From the NCBI GenBank assembly GCA_043228905.1, contig JBHGNT010000001.1:11346001-11410000 (forward strand): a stretch of 64,000 bases of DNA. Reading direction: 5' to 3'. This stretch comes from Azolla caroliniana. Its lineage: Eukaryota > Plantae > Polypodiophyta. Below, one piece after another: positions 51,104 through 62,216 of the stretch (position 1 is its first letter; each line of letters opens with the position of its first letter). Under the pieces are notes generated by a model, which worked only from the letters and a program-made list of their open reading frames with translations, did no database searches and had not been told where the DNA came from. Position numbers and translations under genes: made by a program.

Positions 51104-54100
51104 TAAGTCTATTCTGTCCATCTTTCTTCCTTCCTTCTATTTTACTAAAGCTGTTCTTTTCTTTTGCTTTCTTTAGGGTTTTACTCACATTTTCTATAAA
51201 TACGTACTATACATATTTTTTTAAAGGTACGTTAAATACCGTATTAGACGAATGTATATGACATTTGAATGAACAACTTTGACGTATGGTACGTACTATA
51301 CAAATAAGAAGGTATTATACGTATTGATACGTTAAATACGCGTACGTAAACAACGCTGGTGTGTACACGGGAGAATACGCCGTCGTTTTTCGACTTACAG
51401 TCGATGCTCCTTATAGAGGAGAACCACACGGGTGCGTCAACAAGCACGCATGCCGACAACAAGATGTTGTACACGGAGGGAGATAGGCTCCGTAGTCGTG
51501 GCGGACGAGTCGAGTCGGTACGCAATGGAGGTGGCCGACGGGATCAAGGAAGAAGGCATCGAAGTGATGCCGACAGGAATTCTGGACCCTCCGGAAACAG
51601 GGGGAGTCGAGGCGACGAGAACCGGCAAGGGAAATCCACCGCGAAATGTTGGTACTGTGGCAAGAAAGGCCACAGGGAGAGCAAGTGCTGGAAAAAGCGC
51701 GCCAATTCGGAGAGAACCGGGTCCGGAATAGGTTCCGAACAGAGACCGACAAAGGAAATCGGCAACGATCGCACTACGCCGAAGGATCCAGAGAAGCCGG
51801 AAAAGGGTCAGTCTTCATCACAAGACACAAAGCAAACTCGATGAAGAAGATCACCCAGAAGTCAGAGGAGGTGTGGTACATCGACTCCGGCGCGTCAAAT
51901 CACATGACGAGCCATAAGGAGTGGTTCTCGTACCTAGAAAAACCGATGCAACCAGGAGTAATTGCAACCGGAGACGACACTCCGCATCCGATCGCGAATG
52001 TCGGAGAAGTTCCCTTGAGCCATGTCAGGCAGAAAGGGAAACTCATGAATGTGCTACACGTTCCGACAATCACAAAGAACTTGGTGTCAGTCGGACAGAT
52101 CGTCAACCAAGGGATGGAGGTCTGGTTTACACACCTCGGGTGCTTCATTGAGGAAGAAGGTTGTGTTATTGCGCAAGGGCGCAGAGATGGGAGGATGTTC
52201 ATCCTCGACTCTACTCACAGTGGCACCGCAATGTTCGCAAAGGGACAAAAAGTCGAGTCAGACATCGACTTATAGCACAAGCAGATAGGCCACGTCAACT
52301 ACCAGCGGCTTCAGGACCTGCATTCGAAACAGGTGGTGTTCGGATTGCCCAAATTTAGTGGCCGGAAGGCACAAATTTGTGAAGCCTGCCAGCTTGGGAA
52401 GCAACACCGACTTCCCTTCCCCAACGAGCGTAACCAGAGTCGGAACAAGCTCGACTTGATACATTTCGATGTGTGCGGGCCGGCACAAAACATTAGTCTT
52501 GGCGGGAGCCGATATTTCGTCTCCTTCATCGACGACTACACGCGGCACACGTGGATCTACCTCATTGAGTGGAAGAGCGAAGTCTTCGACTGTTTCCGGG
52601 ACCTCAAAGGGTTCGTGGAAACAGAAACAGGAAGAAAGATCAAATGCGTATGGTCGGATGGCGGAAAAGAATACTTTTCCGGTCAATTCAACGGTTATCT
52701 ACAACAGATGGGAATTCAGCATGAATTTAGTTGTAGATACACGCCGGAGAAAAACGGCGTGGTCGAGAGGAAAAATTGGTCGGTTGTGGAAGCGGCACGG
52801 GCAATGCTAGAGGAGAAGAGTTTGCCCAAGTTCTACTGGGCCGAGGCGGTAAGGACCGCAGTATACATCCAGAACCGGATCGAAGACAAAGCGTCGGCAC
52901 ATGAGCTATATTTCAGAACGAAGCCGAACTTGCGACACTTACGAGTTTTCGATAGCATTGCGTATGTGCATGTGCCGAAGGAGAAACGGAGAAAGTTGGA
53001 CGCAAAGGCCGAGAAATGTATCTTGGTCAGTTACTCGGACGACTCAGTCAACCAACACAAGGCCCGGTTAGTGGCAAAAGGCTACGCACAAAAACACAGC
53101 ATCAACTATGATGAGACGTTTGCGCCGGTCGTGAAGATGACGACCGTCCGTGATTTGCTCGCGGTACATGCGGCAAAGGGGTGGCACCTACATCAGATGG
53201 ATGTAAAGAATGTGTTCCTACAAGGTGAGCTTGAGGAACAGGTGTACATGGTACAACCCCCCGGATTTCACTCTAGAATGAACACGTCGGCAGTGTGTCG
53301 ATTGAAGAAGTTCCTTTATGGACTGAAGCAAGCCCCGCGTGCCTGGAACGCGAAGATCACGCAGCAACTGCGTTGGATGGGCTTTGCAGTGTCAAAATTG
53401 GACCCTTCCCTGTTCATCCGGAAAGGTCGACTCGGTCTAGTCAGTAGTTTACTATATGTTGATGACTTGATCATCACCGGCGCCGACGTAGGTGAAATCG
53501 ACTGCATGAAGCTCCAGCTTGTGGCATCATTCGACATGAAGGATCTGGGGGATCTTCATTACTTCCTCGGGATCGAAGTGATCCGTACCCCCGAAGGCAT
53601 ATTGATCAACCAAAGCCATTATGTGTTGAGTATGCTCTTCAAATTCCGGATGGCCGACTGTAAGTCCGTCTCGACTCCTCTAGATAGAACCGTCAAGCTT
53701 CGCACCCATTCCGGAAAGGTATGTGACCCGACGAGGTTCCGACAAATTGTCGGAAGCCTTATCTACTTGAAAATCACCCGACCCGATCTCAATTATCCGG
53801 TCGGGGTGATCAGTCAGTTTATGGCACGACCTACCGAGGAGCACCTTCAGTGTGCGCAACGCATACTGCGGTACGTAAGCGCCACTAAGGATCGGGGACT
53901 GCAATATCAGACCGGTACAGCCTCACAGTTGGTCGGCTACACCGATACTGATTGGGCTGGCAACGCCGCCGATCGTTGATCCACGTCCAGATACGAGTTC
54001 TCTCTTGGGAGTGCCGCGATAGCGTGGAGCAGTAAAAAGCAGCCGACAGTTGCAATGTCCAGCACCGAAGTTGAGTACCGAGGAACGGCTATCGCGACAT

Positions 54101-54952
54101 GCGAAGCCATATGGTTGAAGCGGCTGCTTAAGGACCTGCACGAGGAGGTGTCCGATCCGACGACGATCTACTGCAACAACCTCATCAGCATCCAGCTCGG
54201 GAAGAACCCCGTTTTTCACGCACGGACCAAGCACATTGAGGTGCACTACCATTTTGTTCATGAGCGTGTCCTTTCTGGTGAAGTCAAACTTCAGTATGTT
54301 CCGACAAATCGGCAAACTACCGACATCTTCACCAAGCCTCTTGGTCTGGACAAGTTGCGTCAATTCTCGGGTACGCTTGGGTTGCGTCACCTCGATGTGC
54401 CAAACTTGAGGGGGAGAGACGTCCCAAATGACCACGGAAGAGGGAGAGAAGTTCCGGAAGACGAAGACCACGACACCGAGTCGGATGACGAATTCGACTT
54501 CGGATCGGCTGAAGAAGCCAAGGGCGGATCCGCCAAAGAGTCCAAACGCGGACATAAGGGGAGCAGCCGAAAGAAAGAGCCGAAGCAAACCAAGCATGGG
54601 GGAGATGACATCGTCAAGGGCAAGAAGACCGAAGACGAGTTGGAGACAGCCAACTCGGACGAGAACGAAAACCGATCGGAGGTAGCCGAGTCAGTTCGGA
54701 TGTTTGATTCGTATACATTGAATGTTGGGAAACAGGTCCCTCCGGATGGGAAGGAAGAAGAACAGTACCGATGAACAAACTCGAGTTCGCACTGACGAAG
54801 AGTAGATGACCAGGAGTTCACACTGACGAAGATCCACACGACCGAGAACGGGTCAGATATGCTGACCAAAGTGTTGACACCCGACAAGCTGAACGCATGC
54901 CGGAAGAAGATCGGGCTGGTAAGACACCCCATGCCGGAGTGAAGGGGGAGTT

Positions 54953-55695
54953 TGTTGGGAAACAGGTCCCTCCGGATGGGAAGGAAGAAGAACAGTGCCG
55001 AGGCCGAAACCGGATGAGGAGTACCCGGCTACGGAGAGCCGGATGGTGCAGGCCCGGTATGAACCGGATGAGGAGTACCCGGCTACGGAGAGCCAGATGG
55101 TGTAGGCCCGGTATGAACCGGATGAGGAGTACCAGGCTACGGAGAGCCGGATGGTGCAGGCCCGGTATGAACCGTATGAGGAGTACCCGGCTACGGAGAG
55201 CCGGATGGTACAGACCCGGTGAGAACCGGATGAAGAGACATATTCGTAAATATGTTTCTGAGAGCCCATCGTGGCTACATTTGTAAATAGCCGAAAAGTC
55301 ATATTAGTATAAATATGACTTAGGGCAAACTTTTAGGAGTTGTTGTTGTTGTTATTTTCTTGTTGGTGCAAGAAGAAGAGAGAGCGTGTAACTGTACAGA
55401 GAGAGAGAGAGAGAGAGACGAGGTCGTTGCCTCTGTTGTAGCCGCCGCCTGTGGCGAAGATCGTGAGTCCGAGGTCGTTGCCTCCGTGTACTCACTGTTA
55501 TGTACATTCATACATAGTGACAGTTTGCAGCCTGTGGGCTGCCGTGGTTTTTTCCCCTAGTTTGGGGTTTTCCACGTTAACCTCCTGTGTACCATTTCTC
55601 TTCTTTGTGTCGTGTTCTATTTCCCATTTTCTGTGTATGAAAAGAATCTCGGTTGTGGCCGAGCATTGGACATAAGGAGCCTTGAGTTCCCGTCA
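54953..55695 (+). repeat. 5' (middle) LTR of M, with four 54-bp U3 tandem repeats at ~55007-55225
   Basis: Near-identical to 59762-60503; unit AACCGGATGAGGAGTACCCGGCTACGGAGAGCCGGATGGTGCAGGCCCGGTATG. Confidence 0.93.
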
Positions 55696-55725
55696 AGTGG
55701 TATCAGAGCGAAATCAACACAGAAA

Positions 55726-58700
55726 ATGGACGAATCATTTGGCGGCATGTTCAAGCTCACCGGCTCCAAGTACTCAGTATGGAAGTCGAAGATGAGGGAC
55801 ATACTCGTTGTTAAAGACCTCTGGCTTCCGGTTCAGTTCGGGGACAAGAGACCGGACAAAATCGACGCCGCGATATGGGAGGTGATGCACATGAAGACAA
55901 CGGCGTACATACGGTGCTTCATCGACATGAGCCTGTCCAACAACTTCAATGAAGAGAGCAAGGCTCATGAGCTCTGGGAGAAGATCGGCATAATGTTTCA
56001 GAACAAAAATGTTGTCAATCAGGTGTCGGTATTCCGGAGCTAGTAAGACTTTAGTACCAAGATGGCTCCAGCATGGCGGAGCACATGAATGCCTTCCAGG
56101 GGCTGATACACCAGGCAACTTCATTGGAAGTACCTCTCGCGGATGAGGTACTTGCGCTACTCATGCTCGGTTCCCTCCCGGATAGCTGGGAGACGTTGGT
56201 TGTCACTTTGGGCAACGCCGGGCCGGAAGGAAAACGGTTATCCCTAGCAAGAGTAAAGTCGAGCTTGCTAAATGAGGAGGCGCGTCGGAAAGACAAAGAT
56301 ACGAGCTCCGACTCCAAAGCGCTTCTTACCGAATCGGAACGTGGAAGACATAGAAACTGTAGTCCCCAGAACCGGGAGAAGTCGGGGACACGGTCAAAGT
56401 CAAGGGGGAGGCCTACTTGCTTCTATTGTGGCAAGCCGGGACACTTCCAAAAGAACTGTCGGCATTTCCGTAAAGCCAAGGAAACCGACGGTACCGATTC
56501 GAAGCAAACCTCAGACCGAAACGGTAAAGACCGGAACGGTAAAGACCGGAGGGGGCCGGACCGGAAGGGAACGACGGCAATCGCGGCAAGTGAAGAAGAG
56601 TTGATGCTCATCACCGAGGAGTGTGAGATAAACCTTGCCGGCGACGAGATGACCTTGGTGGTAGACTCCGGAGTGTCGTTTTACCTCACCCCAGACCGGA
56701 AATGCTTCTCATCCTATTCAGCCGGTGATCACGGCTGTGTCCGGATCGGGAATTAAGGAACATGCCGAATTATCGGCATAGCAGACGTGTGGCTGACAAC
56801 ACCAACCGGATGCAAGATGCTGCTGAAGGATGTCCGACACGTTCCGGAAGTTCGTTTGAACCTGATATCAGCCGGTAGGCTAGATGATGAAGTTCAGCAA
56901 AGGGAGTCTGATTGTGGCTCGGGCCCGGAAGGAAAACACGTTGTACCAGATGAATGCCCGGTTATGTCCGGAAGAAGTGAACGTGGCTTCCGACACTGCC
57001 GGTGAGCTGTGGCACAAGAGGCTGTGTCATATGAGCGAGAAGGGGATGAAGAGGCTTGCAGACGACAACCTCATTCCAGTGAAGAACGTGCACTTAGAGA
57101 AGTGCAATGATTGTCTGGCCGGTAAGCAGAACCGGACCTCCTTCCGACCAAGGCCACCGATGAGACGTAATGCACCACTGGAGTTGGTGCATACGGATGT
57201 GTGTCAAGTAGACACAAAGTCACATGCCGGAGCGTAGTACTTTGTGATGTTCATAGATGACCACAGCCGGAAGTTGTGGGCCACACCGCTGAAGACGAAG
57301 GATCAGGTGTTATCCGTCTTCAAAGAGCTCCACGCGAGAGTGGAAAGAGAAACCGGCCGGAAGCTGAAGGCGGTTCGAGCAGATAACGGAGGAGAGTACC
57401 GGGGGCAGTTCGAGGAGTACTGCCGCTCGAAGGGAATCCGGCTCGAATTTACCGTGCCGAAGACGCCGGAATTAAACGGACTGGCCGAGAGGATGAACCG
57501 TACCATAATGGAGAGGGTCCGGAGTATGCTAGCGCATGCAAAACTACCCAAGAAGTTTTGGGCTGAGGCACTATCGACGGCGACATATGTGATAAACAAA
57601 TCACCCTCAGTACCCTTGGACGGAGACATGCCACAGAGAGTATGGACCGCTAAGGAGGTGTCCTACCGGCATCTGAGGGTGTTCAGGTGTCTCGCGTACA
57701 TGCATGTAGCAAAGGACCGGAGAGGAAAGCTAGATCCAAAGACCCGGCCATGCATATTCCTCGGTTACGGTGACGATGAGTTCGGCTACCGAGTGTGGGA
57801 CCCGGTCGACAAGAAGGTATTCCGGAGTCGAGATATTATCTTCATGGAGGACAAGACGCTCGCCGACTGGGATTCGGAGAAGAAGATAATGAACTCCGAG
57901 TCGACCGGTAAGGATAGACTCTACGATGAGCAGACCCAACCGGCAAGAGACCGGTTAGCACTCGAGGAACCAGCCGGTTACGGTGAGGATACCGAACCGG
58001 CAGAAGAAGAAGTCGAGGAAGCTGAGACCGGAACCGGCCAAGACCCCGAATCGGATTCGGATGAAGAGCAAATCGAGGAGTTGGTTACCGAAGCCCGAAG
58101 ACGTAGATATCCTCTCAAAGAGAGAAGGGGCCCCCGGAGATTTCCGGATGCAGAGCATGTTCTGCTGACCGATGAGTGGGAGCCGGAAAGCTTCGAAGAA
58201 GTGAAGGAAGACACCCACAACCGAAAATGGTTAAGTGCCATGCAGGACGAGATGGATTCCCTGCATGAGAACCATACATACGAATTGTTGGAGTTGCCGA
58301 AAGGAAAGCGGGCACTCCGAAACAAGTGGGTGTACAAGTTGAAACCGGGAGATGCCGGCAACCCCCCGAGATACAAAGCCAGGATCGTGGTGAAGGGGTT
58401 CCAGCAGAAGAAGGGTGTGGACTTCGACGAGATATTTTCCCCGGTAGGAAAGATGACCTCCATCCGGACGGTGCTGAGTATAGCAGCAAGCATGGACCTC
58501 GAGGTAGAGCAGCTGGACGTGAAGACGGCATTCCTTCACGGCGACCTCGAAGAGGAGATCTACATGCAGCAACCGGAAGGATTTGTGGAGAAAGGGAAGG
58601 AGCACCTAGTATGCCGGTTGAAGAAGAGCCTGTACGGACTGAAGCAGGCTCCCCGGCAATGGTACCGGAAGTTCGACTCCTTCATGACCGATCAAGGGTA

Positions 58701-59751
58701 CCACAAGACACAGGCCGATCACTGTGTGTTTGTGAAGAAGTTCGAAGGAGGTGACTTCTTAATACTCCTCCTATACGTGGATGACATGTTGATCGTCGGA
58801 CGTGACCAAGTCAAAATACGAATGCTGAAGAAGGCTCTAAACCGGACCTTCTCAATGAAAGACTTGGGTCCGGCAAGACAGATGTTGGGGATGCACATCA
58901 TTCGGGACCGGTTAAAGAAGCAACTATGGTTGTTACACGAGAAGTATGTGACAAAGGTGCTTCACCGGTTCAACATGTCAGAAGCGAAACCGGTCGGATC
59001 GACACTTCCGGCAAACTGCAGGCTATCCGGTAAGCAAAGCCCGAAGACGAAAGCAGAGAACGCAAATATGATGAAGATCCCATATGCCTCTACCGTCGGG
59101 ATCTTGATGTACGCAATGGTTTGTACCCGACCGGACATTGGATACGCAGTCGGAGTGGTGAGCCGGTTTATGAGCAATCCCGGCAAGGAGCACTGGAACG
59201 CGGTCAAGTGGATACTCCGGTATTTGAAGGGCACTTCAAATATGTGTCTCCGATTTGGCTCCGGAAAACCTCAACTGGACGGTTTCACCGATTCGGGCAT
59301 GTCGGCTGATGTGTATACCAGCCGGTCTACATTCGGGTATGTAATGACATATGCATTGGGAGCTGTTTCGTGGCAGTCGAGGCTGCAGAAGACGGTTGCA
59401 TTGACAACCACGGAGGCGGAGTACATGGCAGCTGTGGAATCCGGCAAGGAAATTTTATGGATGAAGGACTTCATCGGAGAGCTCGGTATATGGCAAGAAG
59501 AATACCGACTCTATTGCGACAGTCAAAGTGCCATCCACCTTGCTAAGAATGTGGCCTACCATTCCCGGACGAAGCATATCCAGCGGAGGTATCACTAGAT
59601 CCGGGAAAGAGTAGATGACCAGGAGTTCGCACTGACGAAGATCCGCACGACCGAGAACGGGTCAGATATGCTGACCAAAGTGTTGACACCCGACAAGTTG
59701 AACGCATGCCGGAAGAAGATCGGGCTGGTAAGACACCCCATGCCGGAGTGA
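55726..59751 (+). pseudogene. pol: M gag-pol; 57244-59598 is an uninterrupted 784-aa integrase-RT-RNase H stretch
   Basis: CFYCGKPGHFQKNC, VVDSGVSFY, FIDDHSRK, NGLAERMNRT, LDVKTAFL, LYVDD; a few stops and frameshifts. Confidence 0.92.
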
Positions 59752-59761
59752 AGGGGGAGTT

Positions 59762-60503
59762 TGTTGGGAAACAGGTCCCTCCGGATGGGAAGGAAGAAGA
59801 ACAGTGCCGAGGCCGAAACCGGATGAGGAGTACCCGGCTACGGAGAGCCGGATGGTGCAGGCCCGGTATGAACCGGATGAGGAGTACCCGGCTACGGAGA
59901 GCCGGATGGTGCAAGCCCGGTATGAACCGGATGAGGAGTACCCGGCTACGGAGAGCCGGATGGTGCAGGCCCGATATGAACCGGATGAGGAGTACCCGAC
60001 TACGGAGAGCCGGATGGTACAGACCCGGTGAGAACCGGATGAAGAGACATATTCGTAAATATGTTTCTGAGAGCCCATCGTGGCTACATTTGTAAATAGC
60101 CGAAAAGTCATATTAGTATAAATATGACTTAGGGCAAACTTTTAGGAGTTGTTGTTGTTATTTTCTTGTTGGTGCAAGAAGAAGAGAGAGCGCGTAACTG
60201 TACAGAGAGAGAGAGAGAGAGAGAGACGAGGTCGTTGCCTCTGTTGTAACCGCCGCCTGTGGCGAAGATCGTGAGTCCGAGGTCGTTGCCTCTGTGTACT
60301 CATTGTTATGTACATTCATACATAGTGACAGTTTGCAGCCTGTGGGCTGCCGTGGTTTTTTCCCCTAGTTTGGGGTTTTCCACCTTAACCTCCTGTGTAC
60401 CATTTCTCTTCTTTGTGTCGTGTTCTATTTCCCGTTTTCTGTGTATGAAAAGAATCTCGGTTGTGGCCGAGCGTTGGACATAAGGAGCCTTGAGTTCCCG
60501 TCA
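59762..60503 (+). repeat. 3' LTR of M
   Basis: Follows PPT GAAGGGGGAG; ends CCCGTCA. Confidence 0.93.
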
Positions 60504-60608
60504 TTGAATCAACCGAGCGCCAAGCAGAAAAGAAGGCAGCAGGACAAGTGCCAACACCGCGACAACAAGGGAGCTGTGAAGGGCCGTGGGAACAGACAAG
60601 CCGACCGG

Positions 60609-60629
60609 TTTAGGGTTTAGGGTTTAGGG
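60609..60629 (+). repeat. (TTTAGGG)3 telomere-type repeat in the K 3' region
   Basis: Three exact heptamers. Confidence 0.85.
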
Positions 60630-60736
60630 CGTGGAGTCAAACAGGCCGAGGAGCGTGAGCGAGGCGTGGGGTCAGGAGGAACCGGAGCGGTGATCCGGAA
60701 GATCCCAAAGAGCCTCAAGTTGAGCTTGAGGGGGAG

Positions 60737-61174
60737 TGTTGAGAGACAAGCTCAACCTCGGCCGGATCGGCTGAGCAAGCCGAGGACAGGATCGGTTGGG
60801 ACCGATCGGTTAGGCTGGACCGGTGCGTAAAATGGATACGCAAACCGGTGCGTAACGAGAGGCCGTATCGGTGCGTAAACCGAAAGGCCGTTAGAGAGAT
60901 ATTCCTCGTAAGGAATAGTTTTGGGAGTAAGTGTCGAGGCTCATTTATGATCAATCAAGTATTGTCATTACTTGTGTCCGCCCGATTGTCAAGGCTTGTA
61001 TAAAAGGTGCTCACTGAGCACGGTGTATGTACAGAGAGTTACTATTTTTGAATTGAGTTTTTGTGTGTTCTCTCTCTATCTCTCCCGCGTACTGTGTATA
61101 CTCAAGCTCTCCATTAAACCTGCGTATTTTTTGTGTGTTTGGTTTTCTATTGCTTCCGCACATAATCTTTTACA
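60737..61174 (+). repeat. 3' LTR of K
   Basis: Similar to 46875-47311. Confidence 0.93.
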
Positions 61175-61179
61175 AGTCT

Positions 61180-62216
61180 CTAATGAAGAAACATCATGAA
61201 GTTGAAGTTGTGGTAAATTCCATCGAGCTATTCAAAACCATCAAGGAGTATGTTCAAAATGAAGATGCTCGAATAAACACAAAGTACAAAGCGGTGGAGA
61301 AGAAGGTCCAACCAGCAACAACACCACTTCCAGAAGATAGTGAAAAGATAATGAAGGAGGTGTCGATTGAGCCAATTCTTCGGGATCAAAAGAGAATTGG
61401 GCACAAATTCATGGAAGAAACAATTAAAGAACTAATAATTGGAGGGGGGGGCTTCCTAACGCCTAAGGAAGAAGCAGAATTTAGAAAAATGCTAGGGCGG
61501 CACGGGAAAGCATTCTCCTTCAACCCTGAAGAAATTGGATGTGTGGATCCGAAAATAGTTGAACCAATGGTCATCTTCACGATCGCACACATTCCATGGA
61601 ATCTGAAGCCAATCCCAGTGCCAAGAGCAAGGGTACCGCAATTAATCGAGCTTCTAAAAGAGAATGTTTAGATGGGTATCTTGGAACCATAAAATGCTCC
61701 ATCCTTGAGTAGATGGTTTACAGTGCAAAAGAAGGATGGGCGGCTTCGATTCATTCAAGACATGAAACCTATGAATCAAGTTACTATCCAGAATTCAGGA
61801 GTAGGGCCAATAGTAGATGAGTTTGCAGAGATGTTCGCTGGAAGGGCGATCTACTCCATGGGTGATCTCTACTCCAGCTACGACCAATTCCAGCTTGCGG
61901 TCAGTAGTCGAGATATCACCTCCATTAGGACTCCTATTGGATTACTTCGGATGTGTACCCTAACTCAAGGTGTGACCAACTTTGTCGCTCACATGATGAA
62001 TGGTATGCACAAAGTTCTTCGAGATTTTATTCCTCACATAACCATGCCTTTCGTGGATGATATACCCATTAAAGGATGTGAGGAAAGAATAAAGAATGAA
62101 GAATTAGATAGTGTTGGATGTCGGAAGTTCGTCAGAGATCACATAGAAGATTGTGATAAAGTGCTTTCAAGACTAGAGGAGGTACACCTAACACTTTCAG
62201 GTCCAAAATCAATATT
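61180..62216 (+). pseudogene. pol: A reverse transcriptase, cut by J
   Basis: YKAVEKKV, WNLKPIPVPRA, GDLYSSYDQF, PFVDD; homologous to G RT. Confidence 0.9.

Larger units (their letters stand above)
47884..51358 (-). mobile_element. hAT DNA transposon, internally deleted and non-autonomous
   Basis: 8-bp TSD GTGTGTAC (47876-47883/51359-51366); imperfect TIRs CATGGTTGTT / AACAACGCTG; subterminal TACGT clusters. Confidence 0.88.
47407..54722 (+). pseudogene. pol: K gag-pol; split by the hAT element, with an internal deletion at ~53040 fusing integrase to RT
   Basis: KKLDRNNYASW, CWYCGKKGH, WYIDSGASNHMT, FIDDYTRH, MDVKNVFL, LYVDD, KHIEVHYHF. Confidence 0.9.
54723..60503 (+). mobile_element. Element M: Ty1/Copia related to E; young, with an extra LTR/pol-end remnant at its 5' end
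   Basis: TSD TTGAA (54718-54722/60504-60508); LTR stub 54723-~54780; pol end plus PPT 54783-54952; LTRs 54953-55695 and 59762-60503; PBS 55698-55709. Confidence 0.93.
46875..61174 (+). mobile_element. Element K: Ty1/Copia related to D, carrying the hAT and M insertions
   Basis: TSD AGTCT; LTRs 46875-47311 and 60737-61174; PBS TGGTATCAGAGC 47312-47323; PPT 60728-60736. Confidence 0.95.
1..62216 (+). mobile_element. Element A: Ty3/Gypsy non-chromovirus LTR retrotransposon, outermost host. Pieces at 1-1052, 45199-46874 and 61180-62216; both ends lie outside the window
   Basis: LTR end ATCTTCTCGACA at 214; PBS 221-237; gag from 304. The sequence resumes across TSD GATGT (1048-1052/45194-45198) and TSD AGTCT (46870-46874/61175-61179). 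Order is gag, zinc knuckle, protease, RT. Confidence 0.88.

Noticed and set aside
50841-51188. Poly-E/K/R and poly-F/S ORFs
   Set aside because: These are translations of the (TTC)n microsatellite.
54853-55302. Repetitive ORFs across the M LTR (also 59543-60111)
   Set aside because: The frames stay open because the 54-bp unit is a multiple of 3; no other coding evidence.
57303-59474. Antisense and alternative-frame ORFs overlapping pol genes (here and throughout)
   Set aside because: Shadow ORFs of GC-rich coding sequence with no recognisable motifs.
60609-60629. Chromosome-end or healed-break telomere
   Set aside because: Only three repeats, internal to Copia K.
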